64,000 bases of DNA, from NCBI RefSeq assembly GCF_963506605.1, contig NC_083288.1, forward strand, positions 54,064,001 to 54,128,000, in the 5' to 3' direction. Every line of letters starts with the position of its first letter. Position 1 is the stretch's first letter. The notes under the pieces were generated by a model. It did no database searches. It was given only the letters and a program-made list of their open reading frames with translations, and had not been told where the DNA came from. This document shows positions 1 to 12,100 of the stretch, piece after piece. The position numbers and the translations under genes are program-made. The DNA comes from Zootoca vivipara. Lineage: Eukaryota.

Positions 1-59
1 CTTACCCTCAGAAAAGCCTCAATTTTTAGTATCTCCTTTCTTGCAATTTGAAACCATGG

Positions 60-330
60 GTTCGGATCCTGCCCTCCAGAGCAGGAGATAACAAGCTCGC
101 TCCATCTTCCTTGTGACAACCCTTCAGATATTGGAAGACGTCTCTCATGTCTCCTCTTTTCCAGGCTAAACCTCTCCATCTCCCCCCATTGTTCCTCTTA
201 AATAAGGCTGGGTTTCCAGGCCCTTCGCCATCCTGCTCACCCTCCTCTGCACACCTTCTCGTTTCTCAGCAATATCCTTCTGGAACTGGGGTGCCCAAAA
301 TTGGACCCAGGGCCCCAAGTGGGGTCTGAC
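60..330 (-). mobile_element. Degenerate CR1 LINE 3' fragment
   Basis: Minus-strand translation [35 protein letters not shown], the CR1 ORF2 C-terminal motif. Confidence 0.75.
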
Positions 331-839
331 CATTGTTCCCAGCTGCCACTGCAAGGCCCCTCGCTGCTCCCTCCAAAGCTGGAGAGACTGCAGAACATGC
401 CCCCCCCCGGCCATAAACCACCCCAGCTCCAGAAGCAGACAGAGCCTTCCTCTTGAGGAACCTGCCCTGGACACCCCCCCTCCCTCCAGACTCTCCGCCG
501 CCCCAGAGAGGACTTTTTCTGCCATCCAAAGTCTAGCCAGGATTATTTAGATTGTTCTTAATGACAATTTGTGCTCTTAAAAAAACAAAACGCCGTCAAA
601 ATATTCCACGACACAGCGGCCTGGTTGCATCCTTCTCCTGCTAAAGGTTCTCTGGGTGGGCTTCCCCAACCAGAAAGCGGTACAGCAAAGGCGCCTGCTT
701 GATCTCAAGAGGCGGGGAATTCCAAAGGGCAGGGGCTGCCACAGTTCTTACAAAAGCGGCAGGGCCAGATCCGCCGGCAGAACCGGCCAAGTGGGAGCAT
801 GTGGGGCAAAGCGATCTCACAGGTAAACTACTTTCAGAC

Positions 840-1055
840 ACAGGTAGGTAGCCGTGTTGGTCTGAGTCGAAGCAAAATAAAAAAAATTCCTTCAGTAGCA
901 CCTTAAAGACCAACTAAGTTTATATTTTGGTATGAGCTTTCGTGTGCATGCACACTTCTTCTTTTGGTATCTGAAGAAGTGTGCATGCACACGAAAGCTC
1001 ATACCAAAATATAAACTTAGTTGGTCTTTAAGGTGCTACTGAAGGAATTTTTTTA
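840..1055. mobile_element. Penelope-derived inverted-repeat element with a minimal hammerhead ribozyme
   Basis: ~80-bp near-perfect inverted arms (880-961 / 973-1054). Core TTTTGGTAT-CTGAAGA-A-GTGTGCATGCACAC-GAAAGCTC-ATACCAAAA at 962-1009. Confidence 0.8.
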
Positions 1056-1656
1056 CTTTCAGACAACAACCCACATTACGAAGTTCATGCGGGTTTTTTG
1101 CCGTGTTAACTGTTCAAAAGCCTTAACGTTGTTGCTGTTGCAAATTTTTCTGATTGACAATTTATCATCATCATCATCACCAAAACCACCACCCTTTTGC
1201 AAACCACTTTGAGGTTTACTTATTTGCTTCATAAAATCTTTATGTGGTTTCATTGAGAAAACCTTTCCGGCTTTGAGGCTTTTCCCTCTACAATCGATCA
1301 GCGAAGAGATTTTGTGAAGCAAAACAAATGAATAAATAGAAAACAGCACCGTGTAGAAGTCAAACAAACAGCTTAATTTGGAAAGAGAAGAATCAGCTGT
1401 AAACTGATATTATTTCACTCCCTCTTTTGCCCTTTCTTGGGGGGGGGGGGAGAAAATGAGACCCGGGACAGAGGACAGAACAGGAGAAATGTGAGTATCT
1501 GGAAGGGGGTCCCAAGCGATCATTGTTCTTATTTTTATTACGCATTTTGCGTTTATTAGATTGTAATTTTACCCTGCGAATGCCCTGAGATCTATAGGTC
1601 TACAAATTTACCAAACAAAACAAAACCCTTCCTCCACCTGTAATGCCTTCATAATG

Positions 1657-1806
1657 GAGTCATAGAATTGAGAAGTTGGAAGGGACCACGGGGGGGGGGC
1701 ACCTAGTCCCACCCCCTGCAGTGCAGGAACCTTTTGCCCAACGTGGGGCTCGAACCCACGACCCTGAGATGAAGAGTTTCCTGCTACCGACTGAGCTGTC
1801 CCAGGT
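1657..1806 (-). mobile_element. tRNA-Lys-derived SINE with CR1-type 3' tail
   Basis: Reverse complement AGCTCAGTCGGTAG..TCTCAGGGTCGTGGGTTCGAGCCCCACGTTGGGC (tRNA-Lys-CTT-like), then a CR1 tail ..GGTCCCTTCCAAC..ATTCTATGA. Confidence 0.8.
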
Positions 1807-1955
1807 TCCTTTCCCCCTGGAACTTCAACGCCACACCCTGAGCTCCACTATCGCTCCCCGTACAGAATCCAGATAACGAAGGTGTATTATTCCCCACGTG
1901 TGCAGAGCGGGGAGACAGCTGTGCCCTCTCTTCCCACCCTGCCCCTCATGCCCAC

Positions 1956-4900
1956 CTCCTCGTCCGGCAGTGGCTCCTGCTTCTCTGATTCTCCCCGCAG
2001 CGCTGCAGCCTCGGGGGCCGCCCCTCCTGGCTCCCTCCGGCCCCCTTCGTGTACCACCACTTCCTCCTCCTCCTCTTCTTCCTCCTGCCCCTGCGGAGAT
2101 GTGGTCTGGGGGGCAGCTGCAGCCGCAGGGCCCTCCTCCTCCTCCTCCTCCTCGAGGGGCTGCTTCTCGCCCTGCTCCTCCTCCAACTTCACAGAGGGCA
2201 GGGGGGCCGCACTGGGGAGGGGGGGCTGCCCTTCAGCCGTCCGCAAAGGAGACGCCTGGCCTTCTGCCTCCCCCGGGTCCCGCTCCGGCTGGCCTCCTTC
2301 CTCTTCCTCCTCTCCCATTTCCTCTGGGGGGTGGAAGGCTTCCTCGTCCACCTCCATCAGGAGCCCGGCGGCCGCCTCTTCGTCTTCCTCGCCGTCCTCT
2401 TCCTCCTCCTCCAACTTGGGGGGCTCATCCTTGATGGGCAAGAGCTCCGGTGGCTCCTCGTCATTCCGGTGGGGCGGCAGTGGGGGCAGCACCTTCCGCT
2501 CCTCCTCCTCCCCCTCTTCCTCCTCCTCCTCCTCTGTCAGGCCTTCCTCCTCATCCTCTTCCTCCTCCGTCAGGCCTTCCTCCTCGTCAAACTCCTCGTC
2601 CTCGTCCTCCTCCAGATCCTCCCCAAACTCCTCGTCCTCTTCGTCGTATTCTTCCTCCTAGCCAGCAAAAAAAAAAGGGTGGGAGGGAGAGAATCAGAAC
2701 TGTAGAATTGGGAGAGGGACACCCAAAGGCCATCCAGCCCAACCTGTGCGCAGGAACCACAGCCTGATGGCCACCCAGCAAAGGGCAGCTACCCAACGCC
2801 AGCAAAGGGCAGTTTGCTACCTTGCGAGGGACCCCGCTGAGGGTCATGCAGCCCAACCCCTTGCCACCCAGGGGGGAAAGAAACATGGCTAGGCTTGCCC
2901 TCATCCCGCAACCACGAATCGGGGCCCAGAGCAAGCCCCGTCTTCACCTGTCAGGTGTGTGGCTAACAGCTGTGGCTTGAGGAGGATGTAAACATTAGAG
3001 ACCAAAGGTGTCTGGTTTTGATTTTAAAAACAATATTTCAATACTAATGGCATTTAACCTCAAGATGAAATCCATCAGGGAATGATTTCTGTGAGGCTCC
3101 TGCGTGCCGACATTTTACAACCCTTGTGCTCTCTAGGCCATAAACTAACATTGCTATCTAAGCCTCAAAGTGGCACCAACAGCCAATGATGATGTTTTCC
3201 TAAGTCGATATTTCAAGTTGGCAACCCAGCCTCTTCCTGAAGCTTCCCGAGATGTGAGGGAGGGGCTGGAATGTCAACAGCCTTGCCATGGGAACGTTTG
3301 GGGGTGAAAGTGCGACAACCGAGACCCACGTGGCCTGAGCACTTGGGGGGAGCAGAAACCGGTAGGGAGCCATGCGTGTTTTATATCCCATGACCTGTAA
3401 ACTTTTCTCAATGTTTGATGGCTCTTGGTTTTCATGGCTCTGTGTGCGTGATCCGTTTGCAGCTACTATATAAGCAAAGTTAAGTTGAGCTCTGTCCTAT
3501 TGCAAGAGCAGATAATAAACTGGGTCCCTAACGGGTCTGCTGGACTTGAGTTTATTTCCTTGGTTCTGAGTTTTATTTAAAGGTGTTCCCTTCCCCTGGG
3601 TAATGTCCTGGTGGTGGTGAAGTAAAATCCTTACCCCAGAGGGGAAAGCAGGGATGAATTTGACCCACAGGGTCACAGCACCTCCCGCCCCACAAGCCCT
3701 GCCTCTTCACTGCCTGGCAATAATAATAAAACATAATCCTTAATATGCCCTCCATCTGACTGGCCCCTGCCTCCCCTGTGCACCTCATCCTCATCCTCTT
3801 CAAAGTATTCCTCATCCTCCGGGTAGTCGTCTTCATCGTCCTCTTCCTCCTCACTGCTGTTGATGTTGATGACGGTGGGGTCTTCCTCCACCAAGGCGGA
3901 GAATGGGGGGTCTAGGGCTGCAGGGGAAGGGGAGGCTGGAAGCGCCAGGACAGCGGCGGGGGCAGAGGGCAGGGGCACAACCAGGGAGAGGGGTGGGGCA
4001 GGCGGCTCCGGAGGGGTCTCCTCAGAGGCCGGTGGGGGGGAAGGGGGTGCAGGCGGGGCCGGCGGAGGAGCAGGTGGGGTGGGGATCTGGGCTGGGGTGG
4101 CCGCCACTAACATGGCGCTCCCAGGGCCCTTGCTGAGCTGCCCCTTGGGCACAATGACCACTGAGTCGTCCGAGTCACTCTCCAGGGAGATCTCCACATC
4201 CTCCTCCTCCTCTTTGTCGTAGTGGACGAAGACCGAACGGCGCAGCTTGGCGCCCAGAGCCGCCTCTGCCGCCCCGGGGGATGTGGGCAGGGAGGGCTCC
4301 TCGGGGGCCAGGCGGGGGGGCAGCTGGGCCGGCGAGGCCAGGCCCGGTGGGGGCAGCCCCAGGGGGTTGGCTGCCGAGGAGCCGGGGGGAGGAAGGAGGA
4401 GGCGGGGGGCAGAGAAGGGGGCGGGGGGCGCCGGGCGGAAGGGTGAGGCCAGGGCGGGGGAAAGCTCCGAGGGGCCTGGAGGGGGTGCTTGGGGACCCCC
4501 CGGGGACGGCCAGCGGGAGCTGCAAGGGAGGGCACCCTGGGAGTGCAGGAGTGCATTGCAGACAGCCAGGCCTCCGTGCAGAAGGAAGAGACCTGCAGAG
4601 GTGGAGGAGGGAAATTAAATGCCTTGAAGAGGGGGTGGGAGGGGCATTTTCTAAATTATTTTCATTCTTATTTTCATTCTTACATTTTTTCTTATTACTA
4701 TTATAATTTTTAATTCGCAAACCGCCTTTCATCTGTTGATCTCAGGACCCTTCCCAACATAAAAATACAAGATGAAACCACAAAAACACTGATTACATGA
4801 TATCCTTATTTATACATATAGTTATTTATACCTAACGGGACTCAATTTCATTTAACAGATAAAAATAAGAGCAGGCTGAGAACTTAAGGGGTGGGGGAGA

Positions 4901-7900
4901 AAACAATAATTAAAAAATGATTAAACATCCACAGAATTAAAACTATACACCCACCCATTAAAACCATGCAAATAATTACAAGTACAATTAAGAGTGCGGT
5001 CTCCTTTCTGATGCACAGATATGGGGAAATGGAGGGAGAGGACAAATGGGAAATCTATCTCCATTTGCACAAAAGGAAGAGCTTAGATCAGAACCAGAAC
5101 CAGGATACATAGAGGAGAAAATAGGGTGGGGGGGGAGATTCAGGTAGCCAGGAAATTCAGGGAGCTGGGGCTAAAGGATAACTATTTCAAAACTGCCTAC
5201 GAATGGTATTTTAGCACCTTATAGACTGAACTCAATAGGTCAGTCAAGATCAGACAAAGGCTGGAGACCTGGATTAAATAAAGCACGTCTTTCGGAATTG
5301 TTCCAAAGAGAAATATTTGGGAAATCAGTGCAGGCCAATATATGTCCTACACCCTCGGGACCTGCAATGTTTTCCCCGCACTATCCAAAAAATGTTATTC
5401 TGGAAATGAACAAGAAATAACGCTCACCCTCACTGCTGCAGCTAACATAGAAATGGTTCCGAATGGGAGAAAAGGCCATTTCCTACTCTAGGTGAACGGA
5501 GGGGAGGAAACTGGGGTTGCGTNNNNNNNNNNNNNNNNNNNNNNNNNNNNNNNNNNNNNNNNNNNNNNNNNNNNNNNNNNNNNNNNNNNNNNNNNNNNNN
5601 NNNNNNNNNNNNNNNNNNNNNNNNNNNNNNNNNNNNNNNNNNNNNNNNNNNNNNNNNNNNNNNNNNNNNNNNNNNNNNNNNNNNNNNNNNNNNNNNNNNN
5701 NNNNNNNNNNNNNNNNNNNNNNAGATGCCAGGGTAGCATCCTGGCACCGGGTGCAAAATGTGCCTGGCGAATTCTGAGCCCTGCTACCCCCCCCAAGTAA
5801 CAGCAATATCCACCTTAAAAGTAGGAGGAGACGCACCTGTCTCGGCGCCCTCGTAGAGCGTTCCCAGCAGGCTGTGCAGCGTGGCCAGGAGGCAGTGGGC
5901 CTGCTGTCCCCAGCACTCTGTGTACTTGAGCCCCTGCGTGAAGCCGGCGCCCAGGGAGGGCAGGAGGGCGTAGCAGTCGCAGGCCAGCTGGGGGGGAGAA
6001 GGAGAAGGAGGCAGAGCATCAGTGGGGCAGCCCAAAAGAGGGGCGGGATCCCCATAGCACTCAAAGAGTCCTGGACTAGGACCTGGGTTTAAATCCCCAC
6101 CTCACAGAGATTGCATGGGGATTCAATGGGGTCTAGAGCCTGGGAGACCTGACTTCAGCCCCCCCTGCTATGAAGCTGGGCGAGGGTGACCTTGGGGGCC
6201 AGTCACAGGCTTCTCTCAGCCTGGCCTACCTCACAGGGTTGTTACAGGGATAAAGTGGGGGAGCTGCATATGCCAGCTTGGGGAATGAAGGCGGGCTGTA
6301 TAAATGGGATTTATAAAAGAGCCACGAAGCTGCTGACTGGGCCATTCAGGCCCTGCTGGTGGGATTCTTCCCTCTGGGGGCACCTGGTTGGGCAGGGGTG
6401 GGGAGGCCGGGATGCTGGGCCCCTCTGGCCTGATCCAACTGCACTCTCTGGGGCTCTTCCTAGGTCTCACAAACACCCCCCCTGCCCCCAGGGGACTTTC
6501 CCAGTTTAAACCACAAGGCAGGGGGTCCCTGCGCAGCAGAAGGGCAGGCAAGAGAGGTTCATTTTTACCTGCTGTAGGTGGGGTGTCTCTGCATCCACGC
6601 GAGCCAGGAAATAGGCTGCCAGTTTGCCCTGGGGGGGGGCAGGGGGAAAAAAGGATGGGGGAGAGAGGTCAGTGGGGATTCTGCAACCCAGTGCTGCTCC
6701 TCTGCCCCCCAAAACAGAAGACTTACCCGCAAAGAGCCACATGCCCTGGGGTAAAACATCATGCAGGCCTTGCTTCCTTCCAGGGTGGCAATCTGGCACT
6801 GGGAAGAGTCCCAGGGGGAGGCAAGGGGGGGGGGTCAGAAAAGAGAAAAGGGTCAGGGAAGAGTTTTTACTCCGCAGCGAAGCCAGATGCAGGGAGATCC
6901 AGGAGGGATCAAAGAAAGACCTTCTTTGTTGAACTGCGGAACTCCCTGCCACAGGGAGACCTCCCGCTGTGGCCTAGGCCTGACCCAGCAGCCGAGCTCT
7001 GCTGTCCTCATGGAGCCTCCAGTTGCAGAGGCAGTCTACTTCTGTCCCTTGGTGCAAAGAGGTCTTTGGCCACTGTAACCTCACCCAGCCAGGCTCTGGT
7101 GTTCTCATGAAAGGGGGGGAAGTCACATTATGGGGGGGGCAATCTATTTAATTAGCACATTGATTGTTAAATTCCACTTTGACTGTCTTAATATTTATGT
7201 ACAAATTGTGCTGAATTTCTGATTTTATTAAGCTGGCCCATTAATACTTTCAATTTGTGGGTCTTCAAACATGTTTTGTTCCACCTTGGGGGGGGGGAAT
7301 GCAGGCCACCCCCAGTTCCCCAACTAAGGTGGGTTGGGGGGGGGTCTCACCTCGGGTTTGAGAGCCAGCAAGGAGGTAAGCAGCCCTGGGATGTGGTTGG
7401 TGCCAATGTCTCGGGCCAGCTCAGGGATCTGGCAGGAATACTCAAGCAGGTCACGGAGGATGAGGACGGCCAGCTCCATCGTGGGGGGCGGATCCTGAGA
7501 CTTGGGGGGGGGGAGGGAGAAGAAATGAGGTTAGTGGGGGGCAGCCTTCCTCATCTAACACCGCCCACCCAAAACATCTGAACCACCCAGCCTTCCTGGG
7601 GACAGAAAGGGCAGCTTCTGCTGGTGGGTGCAGCTGTGGAGCTCTTGGGCCGGGGGGGGGCACTGCTGCCCCCCCACTCACCTGAATGAGGTGCTGAAGG
7701 TTTCGCAGCCACCCCAGGCAGTTCTGGCTGAAGGCTTCGGTGGAGCTCTCTGTCACCAGCAGGGAGAGGAGGCAGAGGCCCTCAAACCTTTGCAGGGAGA
7801 AGAAAAAGCAGGCGGCAGGGCAGAGTCAGAGAACTGCACGGCTGGAAGGGGTCCCCAAGGGTCATCCAGCCCAACCCCGGGCCAGACGATGATGTGTCAA

Positions 7901-8659
7901 GAGAAAAAGGTCCCAGTAGCTTGTGGCTGGTGGGGTTGGACTACATGCCCCTTTGGGTCCCAATTCTGAGACACCTGTGGGTCCACCCGAGGGGGCTGCA
8001 CTGGTTTTGGAGTGGGGCCACAAGACCCCTGCCACCCCGTTTCACAGAAGTTGTGAAAGGGGATGCTGGGAAATTGGCAGAGTGAGAAGAGCCACCCAGC
8101 CACCCCCTGGGTCAGCTCCAGATTCCAAGGAGCTGGGGATGCTGGGAGTTGTAGTCCCCGGCGCCTGTGGGGCATTGGGGGAGGGAGGAGAGGCAGCGAC
8201 TCACCGGGTTTTGATGGAGCCCAGGCGGGTGTTGCTGAGGCTGACCAGACCCCCCAGGGTGGGCGACGCCTGGAGGGAGGGAGGGAGGGAGGGGGACAGA
8301 AGGGACCCAGTCAGAGACCAGCGCGGAGGGGGAGGAGGCGGCGCTCTGCTCATGCTCGGGGGCCCGGGGGCCCCCCACCCTGAGGGGGAGGAGGAGGAAG
8401 CGCCAAGGGGAGGCTCCCCCCCCAAGGGGAAAAGGCCCTTCAGACGGGGTGGGTCTCTCACCTGGGCGCCCCCACCGGCCTCCCTGGCGCAGCGCAGCAG
8501 CCCGGCCAGGCCCCGGGGCGTCTCCGGGGGGGTCCCCGCCTGCGCGCCCCCCCTCAGCAGCCCCGCCAGGGTCTCCAGCACCAGCCGCCCCGGCGACGGA
8601 GCCCCCCCGGGACCCGACGACGAGGAAGGCGCCCCCATCGCTAACGCCGCCGCCGCCAT
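1956..8659 (-). CDS. PELP1: Proline-, glutamate- and leucine-rich protein 1 (PELP1), partial: middle exons lost in N gap, last exon beyond the left window edge
   Basis: GT-AG exons: 8462-8659 (MAAAALAMG..), 8205-8269, 7682-7787 ([29 protein letters not shown]), 7351-7500 ([29 protein letters not shown]), 6727-6798, 6569-6628, 5837-5987 ([26 protein letters not shown]), [gap 5523-5722], 3784-4592 ([36 protein letters not shown]; contains a net frameshift), 1956-2657 (Glu-rich). Motifs match recalled PELP1; position next to ARRB2 is syntenic. Confidence 0.95.
5523..5722. other. Assembly gap within PELP1
   Basis: 200 Ns. Confidence 1.
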
Positions 8660-9118
8660 CGCCTCTCATCACCGCCAAGGGCGCATGCGCGGGGCGAGCG
8701 CGAGAGGCATGCTGGGAAGCGCCGGGGGGGGGCTTGAATTGCCCGCCGCGAAGCCGCGCCCCAGGGGAGGGGCTCCGCGAAGCCGCCTCCTTCTCCTCCT
8801 CCCCGCCCCCGCCGGAGCCTCTGAGCGCGTGCAGAGAGCGGAGGGGGGCGCTCTGCACATGCTCGGGGCCTCTCTCTCGCTCCGCCTTCCCCAGCGGGGG
8901 GGGGGGAAATCTGTGTCGGCGCCCGCTGACGTCTCCCCCCTCCCCACCCCGCCTCCCGGGCCAGCCCTCGGATTGGCTGCCGAGGCTCCCACGTGACCGC
9001 GGCCCGGAGGCCAGCCATGGCTTCACTGTGGTCCGCTCCGCCCTGCAGCCCGGACTCGGGTCTGAAGCAGTAGAGGAGGAGGAGGAGGAGGAGGAGGAAG
9101 GCGAGCGCAGGCGGCGGC
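8660..9118. promoter_or_regulatory. CpG-island bidirectional promoter region of PELP1/ARRB2
   Basis: The two ATGs are 459 bp apart and diverge. Very CpG-rich. GCGCATGCGC (NRF1-type) 8681-8690, TGACGTC (CRE-like) 8927-8933, ATTGG (reverse CCAAT) 8972-8976, CACGTGAC E-box 8990-8997. Confidence 0.8.
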
Positions 9119-12100
9119 ATGGGGGAGAAGGCGGGAACCAGGTAGGGAAGGGACCCGGGCGCCCCCCAGCCCCACGCACGCGCATCGGCTGCTCGGGAGG
9201 GAACCCAGGAGTCCGAGCAGCCCCCCGCTGCGCGCGCAAGGGGAGCCCAGGCGCCCCCTCTCCCCGCCAAGGGACCCAGGAGTCCGACACCCCCCTCCCC
9301 CCAAGGAGGAGCGGAGTCTTGGTCTCAGACTCCCCCCTCCCATTCTGCTCTCCGGGACTCTGGCTTCCTTCTCCGTCCCCTGACAAAAGCGCCCCAACTC
9401 GAGGGGACCCAGGCGTCCGAGCGACTCTTCAGGACTTCTCCCCCCACCCCACCCCTTCCCTTCCCTCTGGAGAGCCCAGGTGTCCTGGCCGCTTGCTGGA
9501 GCCTCCCAGGCGTCTGGGTCCCAGATGGCGCAGAAGGGCTGGGGGATCTTTTTTTGGGGGGGCGGGGAGACTTGGCTGCAACGTGGGGGACCCCGGGGCC
9601 CTCTGAGCGAGGAGGCATTAGGGTGCCAGGCCCGGGGGGGGCTGGCAGCTGCCCCAGCACCCAAAGGCTTTCCTGCCGTTTCCCCTGGGTGGGGGAACCC
9701 CCCCTTCTATGCCCAGCTTGCATTTCTATTCCCAATGGTTCTGGAGGGGGGTGTCCTTTCTTTTTCTCCCCCTTTGCTTTGGGTGGGGCAGAAAAGAGAA
9801 GTTACTTTTCTCTCTCTCTCTCTCGCCCTCCTCTCCGTTATTTACTTTTATTAGTTGGCTATTAACCTCTTCCCGGAGCCTGGCAGGAGTTGGCACCAGA
9901 GCCCCATATGTTGTGGGGCAAGAGGGAGGGAGGGCTGGCCACGTCTGCCTGTGTACACACAACACACACACACACACACAGAGCTCGGCCTCTGGATCCA
10001 GAGGTGAGAGGGTGCCCGACCCGCCAAGGCAGTTCTTCCCGTTTATTAGTTGCGTTTATCCCCTGCCTCCTGGAGCTGAAGGTGCTTCTTCAACGCACAC
10101 AACAACCCTGCGAGGCCGAGAGGCAGAGGCCAACCTGCTCTCTCCAAGGCCCTCATCCCAATTCCATTCACACAACAGCCCTGCAAGGCGGGTGCAGCAC
10201 CCCAGGCTCACCCCCCCCCAGTCTTTGGGCGGTAATCGAACCCAGGTCTGAACTCTAACCACTATGCCTGCTTTTCTCAACTCACTTCCAGACACAAAGC
10301 CCCCCCCCCGGATTATTTTCCAGCGCTGCACTGAGGGGGAGGGGGGACAGAACGAAAACGGCCCATTTATAAGGAAGCGGTGACTCTCCTCCCCATCTTT
10401 GCGTGAAAACAGGAAGTCATCTGCCGGGTGACATTTGGAAGAGGGTGTAAATAACTTTCTCTGCTCTGCACCCACCATCCCTCTGGACAGCTCTGGTTCC
10501 ACTCTGGCAGCCCCCCCCCCCCGAGACGGCCCAGGATGGAGGGTCCTGCCCTGACATGCAACAGGACGCAACGCCGCTCCCTGCGGTGATGGCCCTGCAG
10601 AGCTGCTGGCCCCCCTTGAACTTCTTAGAAAGGAGGGGGAGATGGCAGGTCTCTGTGCCCCCCAGGCTTTCCTGCCCCACTGAAACTCCAGCCAGGGCAG
10701 AGAAAATCCCCCATCGGGCTTCTATAGGGCAGGGAGGGAGGTGTGTGTTGGGTTTATAAGGGGGAACCCTGCCCCACCTCTGCTTACAAACCTCCAGTGA
10801 AGGAGAGCCCAGGCAGTAGAGCACGAGACTCTCTGTCTCAGGGTTGTGAGTTCGAGTTCCACGTTGGGCAAGGGATTCCTGCATTGCACGGGGTGAGGCC
10901 GGATGACCCCACAGGGTCTCTTCCAGCTCTAGATTCCGAGGTAGAAACACGGGCCTTTTCTGATCTTGGGAGGAGACGGTTCAGGGGAGGGGTCCCGAGA
11001 GCCTGTTCCCCACCCCCTTTCTCTCCCCCTTTGGGGCAAGAGCCCCCTCCCAAGGAGAACAGGATATTGGGAATAAGTGCACCGTGTTCTGAAATTCTCC
11101 TGCATCACCACCCAGTTCCTTTTAAGGGCTCAGAGGCAAGGATTGGGGGGCAAGGAAAGAGATGGCTGGTTTATTATGATTATTATTACCGTACTTTTTC
11201 AGATGGGGCTTATGGGGGCTTCCAACCCTGCGATTTGTGAGCTCAGTGGCACCTGCTCCAGGTTCGAATTCTGCAGATGGCATTTCCAGGCTGGGGGAGA
11301 CTCCTGGCCTGGCTCCGTCAGGGCAGAACAGAGCTGGCGGGGACCCCCAGCGACGGCCTTGCCCTGGACCTTGCTCTGTCTCTGCTGGGCTGGACCTCCC
11401 CCCCCCCCGCCATGCCCAGGCTGGAAAAGAGGTTCCCCAGCGGGGTTTGCCCTCACCACCCAACCCCCTTGATAACAGGGTAACAGCTGCTCCCGTTGCT
11501 GCGGCAACCCTCAGGCACCTGGTCCTGATGCGGTTCCCACGGCAACACATTGTACTAAGCCCTGCTGGTGGTGGATTTCTGTTCCTGGGGGAGAGAGGGA
11601 GCTGTCCTGAGAAAGCATTGGATAATTTAACGGTGGGGAGAGGAGAAGGGGGTGGGGGGACGGTGTTTCTTTTTGGGGGGAGTCCCACTTGTAGGGTGGG
11701 GGGAGATGCTGCACGCGCCCCACTTATCCTAACTGCCTTGTCCTCTTTCTCCCTCTCTGTCGTTGGAAACAGGGTTTTCAAGAAGTCCAGCCCCAATTGC
11801 AAAGTAAGTGACCCCCTTGCACCCGGCTTTGCCTCCTCCCCCTGCAAAACACCCCCTTCCCAGTCCGATGGGTGCTGTGCAAATAATAATAATAATAATA
11901 ATAAGCAGCAGTAGTATTCCCTCCAAAATCCGGCCAAGCCCAATTTCTACCCCCTGAGTTTGGCGCCTGGGCCAAAAAGGCACGTTTAACGGTTTATTCG
12001 TGTGGCCTCCTCTCTCTCTCTCTCTCTCCCCCCATCTCTCTCTTTGTGGGTTTCCTGTCAGCCACCCTCCCCCTCCCAGCTTCCTTCCTCCCCAACAGGC

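Noticed and set aside
1736-1806. tRNA-Lys(CTT) gene on the minus strand (also 10810-10870 on +)
   Set aside because: D-arm and anticodon arm are mutated or deleted and the sequence runs into a CR1-type tail. It is a SINE head, not a functional tRNA.
1882-2767. Ser-, Pro- and Leu-rich plus-strand ORFs
   Set aside because: Antisense shadows of the PELP1 Glu-rich exon.
7923-9664. Long ORFs of 200-424 aa on both strands
   Set aside because: Stop-poor artefacts of the GC-rich CpG island; the real coding parts are the short PELP1 and ARRB2 exons.
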